Below, piece by piece: positions 1 through 8,144 of a DNA stretch of 64,000 nucleotides. This DNA is from an uncultured Granulosicoccaceae bacterium (GTDB lineage: Bacteria; Pseudomonadota; Gammaproteobacteria; Granulosicoccales; Granulosicoccaceae): NCBI GenBank assembly GCA_937922675.1, contig CALAJN010000002.1:153192-217191 (forward strand). The letters run 5' to 3'. Made by a program: the position numbers and the translations under genes. How positions within the stretch are numbered: the first letter of the stretch is position 1; each line of letters starts with the position of its first letter. The notes beneath the pieces are model-generated. The model was given only the letters and a program-made list of their open reading frames with translations. It ran no database searches and was not told the origin of the DNA.

Positions 1-290
1 ACTCCGTACATTTTGGTGCCTCACTGGTTGATACGGCAATCTACACACTCAAAGATGAATTCAGCGTTGCCAGTTTCGACGCCATCACATTCAACCTGTT
101 GTTCATGACGCGTAAGAGAAAATCAGTCACATCGGCTCGTCACAACATCATCAAGGGCAACAGTGACAACTACTCTCCCGGTGGGATCGTCAGCTTGCCT
201 GCTGACAAGCGCGGTTCAAGTTTGCACGCAAACGGTTTGTGGCGTCTGGTTGTGGCAGGTTCAACAGAAACAACCCGATTCCGGCTTGAG

Positions 291-1229
291 TCAACCGAGC
301 AACTCTTGCTCGATAAGCCGGTAACCGCCAAGTGCCTGAGCATCATTATCTGCTGCCGTATCGGCCAGTCGTTTAAGGAGCTCACGCATCAGATGGCGAA
401 AGTAGGTGCGCTTTTCAAGGACGAGGTCGATAGCAACAGTGTCCATCGGTAGAAAGTCGAGGCGGTATTCTCGCGCTACGCTTTCAACGCCTGGAGTCGC
501 GTCTGCTTCTCCTGCTGCGACCGCTGCGGCAGCGCCGCGCTCGCTGTTGTGTCGCGTTGCAACCTGCAGCCGATCGATCGAGATACCGTGCGCCACGCAG
601 GCATCGGCGAGGATGCGATCTGTTCCGGTGTCGCCATCGCGCAATGCCCATCGGATAGCGGTGTTGTGCAACAACGATGCACCGTCAGGGGCAATCACAT
701 CGCTGCCGAGCAAGGCACCCTGATTGCGTTCAAAGCAACGCACCACGGTCCAGCTCCCATGATTTCGGTAACCGCGTAGCAGCGCCTGGTGGCGTCGACC
801 ATGCGCTTCGGCAGCACCCCAATTGATAAAGCAGGCATCTACTCGCCCGGCATCCAGCATCGCAAGACCGTGGCGTGTACCTGCAGGACAATAGGCGAGC
901 AGAGCGCTACGTTGCCATTCAACTGCAAGACGCCCACAGACCTTGTGCACCAGGCGATCATCGCTGCCGGCAATCAATAGCCTGTCGGCCATCACTCCGC
1001 CATGACTGTTCTCCACAATCCATTGCTCGACAAGAGAACGGGGAAATAACCACTTTCCTGTGATCTTGGTTCCGGGCAGGCTTCCGTCTCCTGCCAGCTG
1101 GTAGATCTTTTTCTCGTTCAGGTGCAGCAGTTCGGCAAGCTCTGTGACCGATAAAAACGGGCTGCCCTGAGTCGTGATGCCTGGCTCGGCTGAGGGGTTG
1201 GCGCCCGGTGAAGCGATCTCGATGCCCAC
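291..1229 (-). CDS. HTH (excisionase/MerR-type) DNA-binding protein fused to a periplasmic-binding-protein-like (molybdate-binding-like) domain; putative regulator
   Basis: 312-aa ORF. The N-terminal SVTELAELLHLNEKKIYQLAGDGSLPGTKITGKWLFPRSLVEQWI looks like an HTH_17/excisionase motif. The rest resembles a PBP-like domain. It lies adjacent to fdhD. Confidence 0.6.
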   Translation of the reverse strand: MGIEIASPGANPSAEPGITTQGSPFLSVTELAELLHLNEKKIYQLAGDGSLPGTKITGKWLFPRSLVEQWIVENSHGGVMADRLLIAGSDDRLVHKVCGRLAVEWQRSALLAYCPAGTRHGLAMLDAGRVDACFINWGAAEAHGRRHQALLRGYRNHGSWTVVRCFERNQGALLGSDVIAPDGASLLHNTAIRWALRDGDTGTDRILADACVAHGISIDRLQVATRHNSERGAAAAVAAGEADATPGVESVAREYRLDFLPMDTVAIDLVLEKRTYFRHLMRELLKRLADTAADNDAQALGGYRLIEQELLG

Positions 1230-1244
1230 GTTGCTCTCCTACCA

Positions 1245-2129
1245 CTAGCCAGTTGCAAGATCACGCATCCCCTTTGTCGGAGGGGGGGCTGAGCGCTCCG
1301 GTGGTATGGCATCGAAGGTCATGTGCTCGGCTCCGTTGTAGATCAGGAAGTGCCTGCCCTTGGCGCGCGCGATCATGGTCATGCCAATCTCACGCGCAAG
1401 GTCCAGTCCCATTTCGGTAACACCGGAGCGAGATAACAGGACGGGGATCCCCATGAAGGCTGTCTTCATGACGATTTCGGAGGTCAGGCGACCTGTTGTG
1501 TAGAAGATCTTGTCGGATCCATCGATTCCTTCGAGCCACATGCGCCCGGCGATGGCATCGGCTGCATTGTGACGACCAACATCCTCGATATGCATGATCG
1601 ATGTGGTCGCTGTGCACAGACCACAGCCGTGAACTGCCCCGGACACGCGGTACACATCATTCAGGCGCGACACGTTGCGGATCAACTCGTAGATCGCTGA
1701 CTGCTGCAAGGGCAATGCTTGCAGTTGCACCTCATAGAGCTTGTCCACTGTGCAGCTGAATATGGTCCCTTGACCGCAACCGCTGGTGACAATGCGACGC
1801 TTCATCTTGTCTTGCCAGTCTGCGATGCCTGCCTTTTCTCGCGTCACGACATCAACCACTTCGTTGTCCCAGTCAACCGATACCGATTCGATGGCGTCGA
1901 TCTCCTCGATGAGTTTCTGGTTGCGGATGTAGCCGAGAGTCAGAGCCTCGGGTTGAGTGCCGAGGGTCATCAGTGTGACCACCTCCATGCCGTCCACACG
2001 AATGGTGAGCGGCACTTCACCCGGAACATGGACATCCACAGACTCGCCGAATTCATTGACTGCGGGTGTGGCATGCGCTGGATCGAGTCCGTGATCCGTC
2101 AGCGTTGGTCGTCGGCTTGGCTCGGTCAT
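1245..2129 (-). CDS. fdhD: formate dehydrogenase accessory sulfurtransferase FdhD
   Basis: 294-aa ORF with FdhD-typical GCGLCTATTSIMHIEDVGRHNAADAIAGRMW and YTTGRLTSEIVMKTA. It lies in an fdh gene neighbourhood. Confidence 0.85.
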   Translation of the reverse strand: MTEPSRRPTLTDHGLDPAHATPAVNEFGESVDVHVPGEVPLTIRVDGMEVVTLMTLGTQPEALTLGYIRNQKLIEEIDAIESVSVDWDNEVVDVVTREKAGIADWQDKMKRRIVTSGCGQGTIFSCTVDKLYEVQLQALPLQQSAIYELIRNVSRLNDVYRVSGAVHGCGLCTATTSIMHIEDVGRHNAADAIAGRMWLEGIDGSDKIFYTTGRLTSEIVMKTAFMGIPVLLSRSGVTEMGLDLAREIGMTMIARAKGRHFLIYNGAEHMTFDAIPPERSAPPPTKGMRDLATG

Positions 2130-2378
2130 GTGGTCCTGTCGTGGATAACTCAGTTGTCGATGAGATGTGGACGCAGGCGCTGCGCGTAGCGAGTGCAGCG
2201 TCCAGTCTGCCCGCGATTGACAATCGGCGTTCTGGTACAGCTACGACGATACTGGTACAAAATGACCCAAATAGGGCTTCGTCAGGCAGATCCGTGCTGA
2301 TCTGAGACGATTTGACGCACCTTGGTGGCATCGATTATTGCTTGCCAGGTACAAGCATGACGATCACAGTGCAATAGT

Positions 2379-2927
2379 GTGTGCATGTTAGAGGAAGCGA
2401 ACAGTCAGTCGAGCCGTTTGCATTTGCCGGTCGCGGTCGTGATTGAACGGCGGGAGATCGTGCGTAAATTCTGGAGCGCTCCGTCCTGGTACCTGTCTGG
2501 CGTGCTAGTGGGTGATGGGCTGGCGCCGATGGCTGACGGGACCGTGATCCGCGAATCCTCGCAGAGAGATGAAAGGCTATGGGGCGGGTTTACAGTCACC
2601 TTGTACAAGGATGCGTGTGAGCGTTACTGGCATGCCCTGATTGGTGACAAGCCGCTGGTCTATGTTGTGTGCCGCGAAACCGGCGTTGTCGACGATCCGG
2701 ATACGGAAGCAGGCATCGAACCCATTGTCGTCACCATCGACTATGACGAGGCCACCGCCTTTGCAGAGACCGATGAGCTGGTGCTCTCAACCGAAATTCC
2801 CGGCGAGCTGTACCGGCACATGGAGTCGTTTGTGTTGCAGCACTACCGACCCAAGGAGTTCAGGAAACGCAAGCGCAAGAAATGGATCGATGGTGAGTCA
2901 CCCACAGACAAGCGGTTGGGCGCATGA
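2379..2927 (+). CDS. DUF3305-like protein (formate dehydrogenase-associated)
   Basis: 182-aa ORF that opens a run of stop/start-overlapping genes. Its position and composition match the DUF3305/DUF3306 pair recalled from proteobacterial fdh clusters. Confidence 0.55.
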   Translation: MCMLEEANSQSSRLHLPVAVVIERREIVRKFWSAPSWYLSGVLVGDGLAPMADGTVIRESSQRDERLWGGFTVTLYKDACERYWHALIGDKPLVYVVCRETGVVDDPDTEAGIEPIVVTIDYDEATAFAETDELVLSTEIPGELYRHMESFVLQHYRPKEFRKRKRKKWIDGESPTDKRLGA

Positions 2928-3613
2928 GCTCGCGCTCCAGCGACAACGACCCATGCGAGAGCAAAGGCTTCATTGGGCGTTGGTCCGAGCGCAAGAGAAG
3001 TCACGCAGCGCCTGACCTGGCTGATGGTCCCGATAGCGTGCCTGATCTGGGAGCTGTGCCTGATCCAGACGTTGTCGCACCCGAGCTGGGCTCTGATCAA
3101 TCGACAGCTACAACGGCCAGCACGACTGACGAACCGCCTCGGTTGAGCGATGCCGACATGCCGCCAATCGAGTCGTTGGACGCATCAAGCGATGTGTCGG
3201 ATTTTTTCAATCGAGGCGTGAGTGCTGCGCTGCGACGCGCTGCCTTGCGTCAGATCTTCAAAAGCCCTGTGTACAACGTGCGCGACGGTCTCAACGACTA
3301 CGACGATGACTTCACCGTGTTTGAACCTCTCGGAGACACAGTCACCTCCGACATGAAATTTCACGCTGCACGCAAGGAACGCGAACGCTTGGAGCGTGAG
3401 GCCGAGTTGCAGGCTGAAGAGGACGAATCTGAGAGTGCATCAGAGGTTTCCGGGGAGTCATCGGAAAACGAAACGGTTGCTGTAGACGATGAGCATGAAC
3501 CTATGAACGAAACCAGAGATGAACCCTCTGCAGAATCCATGGATCCCGACAGTCATGTTGGCCCCGTCTCAGAGGAGACTGACCAACACAACAGCGAGGA
3601 CCTGCTGGCATGA
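2924..3613 (+). CDS. DUF3306-like acidic protein (formate dehydrogenase-associated)
   Basis: 229-aa ORF with ATGA overlaps on both neighbours. It is highly acidic and low-complexity, with a conserved-looking LRRAALRQIFKSPVYNVRDGLNDYDDDF core. Confidence 0.5.
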   Translation: MSSRSSDNDPCESKGFIGRWSERKRSHAAPDLADGPDSVPDLGAVPDPDVVAPELGSDQSTATTASTTDEPPRLSDADMPPIESLDASSDVSDFFNRGVSAALRRAALRQIFKSPVYNVRDGLNDYDDDFTVFEPLGDTVTSDMKFHAARKERERLEREAELQAEEDESESASEVSGESSENETVAVDDEHEPMNETRDEPSAESMDPDSHVGPVSEETDQHNSEDLLA

Positions 3614-5319
3614 GCGATGCAACTCCCGTCACCTTTGTCAGTGATCCTGCGCTTTTCGCAACGCAGGGGAATGCTGTGCCAGCGTCAACCGGCACCGTAG
3701 TGTATCGATCAACAGGTCATTGCCTGATAATTGGTGAGCTTGACGTTGCACTGGAGGCTATAGCCTTGATGCCGTCTCTGAAGTGCACCTGCATCGCAGT
3801 CAGTGCCAATGCCTCTGATATCGACAAACGCTTGTTGGACACCGGCTCTGCGGTTTTCACTGCAGCCGCTGTTGAGTTGGCAGGTCATCTCGGAGCATTT
3901 ACAGCAACGGCCCACGCAGCAACAGCCAGTACGCCAACTGAGCAGGCGAAGGAGTCATCGCTCGATCTTGGCGTGGCAGTATGGTTGGAGGAGGGACGCT
4001 TCGATGTGGTTCTGGATCTAGGCGATACCCCGGTATTCACTCAACGCTTACCACCTGTGGGCTACACCCATTCCACGCGAGCCGACCTTGTCGATGCCTG
4101 TGAGAGTCTTGATGCGCTAGTCGGTGAATTCGACAAGCCGCGGTATTTTGAGTACCGGGAGTCGGTTTGCGCACATAGCCGCTCAACGCTCAGTGGCTGT
4201 ACGCGTTGTATCGATGTGTGCGTCACGGGCGCGATCATGTCCGCAGGTGAGGGCGTTCATGTTGATCCGTATTTGTGCCAGGGTTGTGGTTCTTGCGCTA
4301 CGGTCTGCCCCTCGGGGGCTATGAGTTATGCCTATCCCCCTGTTAGCGAGGCGGTCATGCGTACGCGTGAGCACTACTCAAACGCCACTGAATCTCACAC
4401 CGTAATATTGCATGTACAAAGTGATCAACAAGCGGTTGACTCGGCGGTTGACTCGGCAGTTGGTAACGCGACGGGTTCTGCACTGTCGCTCGCTGTTGAG
4501 GAAGTCAGTGCCTTTGGCATCGACTTCTGGCTAACCCTATTGACAGGCGGTGTTGGTCGTATCGTTCTGGTGACAGATGCGGATGACGACAATCCGAATC
4601 GCCTCGTGCTCGTGGAGCAGTCCGAGCTGTTGGAGCAATTGTTGACAGGCCTTGGTGCAGGGAGTGCACAAGCGCCGGTAGTGCACATAACCAGTTGTGA
4701 GGGTTTGGCTACCTGTCTTGAAAACGCCCCCGTCAATCAAGTGCTCGCATCGGCCCAGGCCTCAGCTCATGCGGTGCATAACGACAAGCGTGCCACGATC
4801 CGGGCCGCACTGGATGTGCTTGCTGATCGACATCCCCCCCAGACTGCCTCAGTAGCACTTGCAGCGGGCGCGCCATTTGGGCGCATTCGTGTGGATACCG
4901 ACGCCTGCACTCTGTGCATGGCGTGCGTATCGGTCTGCCCGGCAGGCTCGCTGCTCGATGGTCAGGACGTACCGGCCTTGCGGCAGATCGAGGCAAACTG
5001 TGTGCAGTGCGGATTGTGCGAGAGCGCTTGCCCGGAAAATGCGGTCACGTTGGAGCCGCGTTATCAATGGGACAGTGTGGCAGCGCGGCGTACCGAATCG
5101 CTACACGAGGAAGAGCCTTTTCACTGTGTTCGTTGCCACAAGGCGTTTGCGACGCGACGCATGATAGACACGATGACCGAAAAGCTGGCTGGTCATTGGA
5201 TGTTTGATGACGCCAAGGCCCTGCGACGGCTGAAGATGTGCGAAGACTGTCGTGTCAAGGATATGTTTGAAAACGATGCTGCTGGCATCGATGTGCGCAA
5301 GACTACCCCGCCTGCCTGA
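3610..5319 (+). CDS. multi-cluster 4Fe-4S ferredoxin-domain protein (polyferredoxin)
   Basis: 569-aa ORF with four CxxCxxCxxxCP motifs: CTRCIDVCVTGA, CQGCGSCATVCPSGA, CTLCMACVSVCPAGS and CVQCGLCESACPENA. It is translationally coupled to the upstream gene. Confidence 0.8.
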   Translation: MSDATPVTFVSDPALFATQGNAVPASTGTVVYRSTGHCLIIGELDVALEAIALMPSLKCTCIAVSANASDIDKRLLDTGSAVFTAAAVELAGHLGAFTATAHAATASTPTEQAKESSLDLGVAVWLEEGRFDVVLDLGDTPVFTQRLPPVGYTHSTRADLVDACESLDALVGEFDKPRYFEYRESVCAHSRSTLSGCTRCIDVCVTGAIMSAGEGVHVDPYLCQGCGSCATVCPSGAMSYAYPPVSEAVMRTREHYSNATESHTVILHVQSDQQAVDSAVDSAVGNATGSALSLAVEEVSAFGIDFWLTLLTGGVGRIVLVTDADDDNPNRLVLVEQSELLEQLLTGLGAGSAQAPVVHITSCEGLATCLENAPVNQVLASAQASAHAVHNDKRATIRAALDVLADRHPPQTASVALAAGAPFGRIRVDTDACTLCMACVSVCPAGSLLDGQDVPALRQIEANCVQCGLCESACPENAVTLEPRYQWDSVAARRTESLHEEEPFHCVRCHKAFATRRMIDTMTEKLAGHWMFDDAKALRRLKMCEDCRVKDMFENDAAGIDVRKTTPPA

Positions 5320-5332
5320 TCGGGAGATCGGA

Positions 5333-5992
5333 ATGAGTGATGTAAGCAGTCCAGAGCCCGCGGCGTCCAGTCGAGCTTCTCTGAATGTCAAAAGTGAGCA
5401 AGCGTTTCTTGCTGATGAAATGCAAGCCGTGCGCGCCGGGACCTGGCGTTTTCTTGCAGGCCTCCTGGCGCGTGCTCCCGACAGTAGTGTACTTGACTCA
5501 CTGCGAGCGCTTGAGAACATCGATACCTCTGAAGGACGCATTGCCATGGGCTGGGAGTTAATGCGCCAAGCGGCGAGTGACGCTGACATGGCTTCACTTG
5601 AGGATGAGTACTTCAACCTGTTTACAGGTCTTGGACGTGGTGAGTTGGTTCCTTTTGGCAGCTGGTACCTGACCGGGTTCCTGATGGAGAAGCCCGTAGC
5701 TGTTTTACGCCGTGATCTTCAGCGACTCGGCATCGAACGTGAGGCCGGGGTTGTAGAGTCGGAAGATCATGCCGCCGCTTTGGCTGAAACCATGGCCATC
5801 CTGATTGATGCCCACGAGGAAATATCTCTCAGCGAGCAGCAAAGCTTTTTCAAGGAACACATCGAGCCCTGGATGGGATCCTTCTTCAAGGATTTGCAAA
5901 ACGCCAAAAACGCACGGTTTTACCGAGCAGCAGGCTTCTTTGGAGAGAGCGTGTTTGATTTTGAGCGGGAGCTTCTGGCAATGCGTGGCTAG
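5333..5992 (+). CDS. TorD/DmsD-family redox-enzyme maturation chaperone
   Basis: In-frame ATG at 5333 is preceded by GGGAGA. TorD-like motifs are present: EDEYFNLFTG...PFGSWY and ESEDHAAALAETMAIL. Confidence 0.7.
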   Translation: MSDVSSPEPAASSRASLNVKSEQAFLADEMQAVRAGTWRFLAGLLARAPDSSVLDSLRALENIDTSEGRIAMGWELMRQAASDADMASLEDEYFNLFTGLGRGELVPFGSWYLTGFLMEKPVAVLRRDLQRLGIEREAGVVESEDHAAALAETMAILIDAHEEISLSEQQSFFKEHIEPWMGSFFKDLQNAKNARFYRAAGFFGESVFDFERELLAMRG

Positions 5993-6290
5993 AGCGCAAA
6001 AAAATGTGGTGAGAAAACGAATGATTTCCCGGTGTGGTGTTTTACAAGAGGTATGGAAGTCGCGCATGTGGTGCACGTGATCTGACACCTGGAGAACACT
6101 CTGAATTGAATCGCCTTGTTCTGTCACTGACCGCCGGCGCTATGCTGTCTGGCGGATCCTTGCCGGGAATACCAATACCCGCGTGTCTCCGGTGACGCTA
6201 CGACTGGTCTTTACACACAGCCAAGACTGCTAGAGGCGGCTCGCGTGTTGATGAAACAGCGGGTCGGAGTCCGGGGATGCAGAAGTACTT

Positions 6291-7517
6291 TCAATAGTTC
6301 CATAAGGTTCCATCCTCCAGCCGGACAATCGGGTGGCTTCCAGGCTCGTACTCATAACGAGCAGCTTCGGTTTCATCGAAATCGACGCCAAGCCCCGGCG
6401 CATCGCTGACGTACATAAACCCTTGATCCATCCTGTGGTCGCTTGGGAAGAGTGCGTGGCATTCAGGTGTGTCGAGCACCAGGTATTCCTGAATACCGAA
6501 GTTTGGTGCCCAGGCGTTCAGGTGTGCATGGGCCGCCATGCATAGTGGTGAATGGCTGGGTGCGCCGTGGAAACCCGTGCGCACATGGTGCAGAGCGGCA
6601 AGATCAACGATGCGTTTTACGGGCGTGATACCACCGGCGTAGGTGGCCGCCACTCGGATGAAGTCGATAAGTTCGTTCTCGATCAGTTTGTTGCAGTCCC
6701 ATATCGAGTTGAATACTTCACCTATGGCTATTGGTACAGTTGAATGCTGTCGCAGCAGTTGCAGAGCATTCTGATCCTCTGCCGGTGTTGGATCCTCCAG
6801 CCAGAACAGCTTTACCGGTTCCACTTCTTTTGAGAACTCTGCAGCCTCGCGCGGCAGTAAACGATGATGCACATCGTGCAGTAGTCTGATTTGTGGACCA
6901 AAGCGTTCGCGAAGCTCGGCGAGCGCACCAGGCATGTAACGCAGATAGCGATCGGTGTCCCATATTTCTTCCTGCGGGCGAATACCACTGAAATCCGTGA
7001 TGTAGTGTTTTGAATCGCTAGTGCTATCTGGAATTGCATAGCTTGCCGTTGGCATGCCCGGGATGCCGCATTGCACCCGTACGGCCTTGTAGCCCTTGTC
7101 AACGTAGTGCGACACCGAGTCCACCAAGGCAGGTAGGTCAGATCCTGTGGCGTGTGCGTACACCATCGCCCCGTTGCGACTCTTGCCGCCAAACAGTTGA
7201 TACAGAGGCATATTGGCAAGCTTGCCTTTGATGTCCCAAAGGGCCATGTCAATCGCGCCGATGGCTGCCATAGTGATGGGGCCGCGACGAAAGTAGGCGC
7301 CGCGATAGAAGTACTGCCAGATGTCCTCGCTGTTGCGCGGATCCATACCGATCAGAACGGGAATCAGGTAGTCCTGCAGATACGTTGCAGGCAGGGTCTC
7401 GCGATTGTTGAGCGTGGCATCGCCAAGGCCATAGATGCCTTGGTCGGTAACAAGCTTGAGCGTCACGTAGTTCTTGCCGGGCCCCCCGACAAATACCTTG
7501 GCGTCGACAATCTTCAT
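6291..7517 (-). CDS. enolase-superfamily D-mannonate/D-galactonate dehydratase family protein
   Basis: 408-aa ORF. The N-terminus MKIVDAKVFVGGPGKNYVTLKLVTDQGIYGLGDATLNNRE and the later LEDP, IAIGE and HG motifs are typical of ManD-type enolase-superfamily dehydratases. Confidence 0.8.
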   Translation of the reverse strand: MKIVDAKVFVGGPGKNYVTLKLVTDQGIYGLGDATLNNRETLPATYLQDYLIPVLIGMDPRNSEDIWQYFYRGAYFRRGPITMAAIGAIDMALWDIKGKLANMPLYQLFGGKSRNGAMVYAHATGSDLPALVDSVSHYVDKGYKAVRVQCGIPGMPTASYAIPDSTSDSKHYITDFSGIRPQEEIWDTDRYLRYMPGALAELRERFGPQIRLLHDVHHRLLPREAAEFSKEVEPVKLFWLEDPTPAEDQNALQLLRQHSTVPIAIGEVFNSIWDCNKLIENELIDFIRVAATYAGGITPVKRIVDLAALHHVRTGFHGAPSHSPLCMAAHAHLNAWAPNFGIQEYLVLDTPECHALFPSDHRMDQGFMYVSDAPGLGVDFDETEAARYEYEPGSHPIVRLEDGTLWNY

Positions 7518-7798
7518 GAGCCTCTCCAGGCGGTGCGCTCCGACACGGACAGGTTAGCCCCAACTGCTCGCAGTACGAGTCAATTCCACCCGGCTGCCCC
7601 TTGCTCTAGAGACAATTTGTACCACCGTGCCGGAAAACGGTATCAGGTCCTCAATTTCATCAGATTCTGTCAGATCCGGGCGGACTGGCTTACCGATGAA
7701 ATCGGTCCCGTGCGTGCCTCAACAATTACACCAGTTTCCAGCACTTACGCGTGCGCCGCGGTGGCGCATCGATGTGAACACATCAGGAGCCGAGCAGC

Positions 7799-8077
7799 AT
7801 GAGCAAGTCACCGACAGGCAAAACCGGTCAGGAGCACACCGAACAGACAATCACCGATCAGAAACCAGAGCATCAGCAGCCGACCTTCATCAATGCGCGG
7901 CGACGCGGGTTTCTGCAAAGCGCGGCTGTGGTCTCAGCGGGCGCTTCGGTTGGTGCAGGGGCAGCGGTTGCCGGCGAGCTCACACAGGCTGCCGAGCCGA
8001 CAACCGAGAGCCTCAAGCACCGCGGCTACCAAGAAACCGAGCACGTGCGCGAGTACTACCGCAAGGCGCGCTCCTGA
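7799..8077 (+). CDS. small twin-arginine signal protein of the formate dehydrogenase region (Tat target)
   Basis: 92-aa ORF with CAGGAG upstream. It has the twin-arginine motif ARRRGFLQSAAVVSAGA and a C-terminal HRGYQETEHVREYYRKA, and sits directly upstream of fdhA. Confidence 0.7.
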   Translation: MSKSPTGKTGQEHTEQTITDQKPEHQQPTFINARRRGFLQSAAVVSAGASVGAGAAVAGELTQAAEPTTESLKHRGYQETEHVREYYRKARS

Positions 8078-8144
8078 TCACTCATCGATTAGCACCATGC
8101 CCGCTGCAGTACACCACGCAGCGCACCCTCTACACGGAGTCAGC

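Noticed and set aside
1-290. The first 290 bp look lower in GC than the rest, and a frame is open from the window edge through 452 (track ORF 99..452)
   Set aside because: That frame would overlap the convergent HTH-regulator gene by >160 nt, and its translation has no recognisable motif. The segment may be intergenic or the tail of a gene cut by the window edge. This cannot be resolved from here.
4432-4455. 12-bp tandem duplication (gcggttgactcg x2, encoding AVDSAVDS) inside the polyferredoxin gene
   Set aside because: It is a single in-frame duplication in a linker region between Fe-S modules. It is probably a neutral slippage event and I see no further significance.
7893-8144. Upstream extension of the fdhA ORF (84 extra codons) overlapping the 92-aa Tat-target gene
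   Set aside because: The extension overlaps a better-supported gene in another frame. The Tat signal of FdhA begins shortly after the ATG at 8145, which has an RBS-like ACGGAG.
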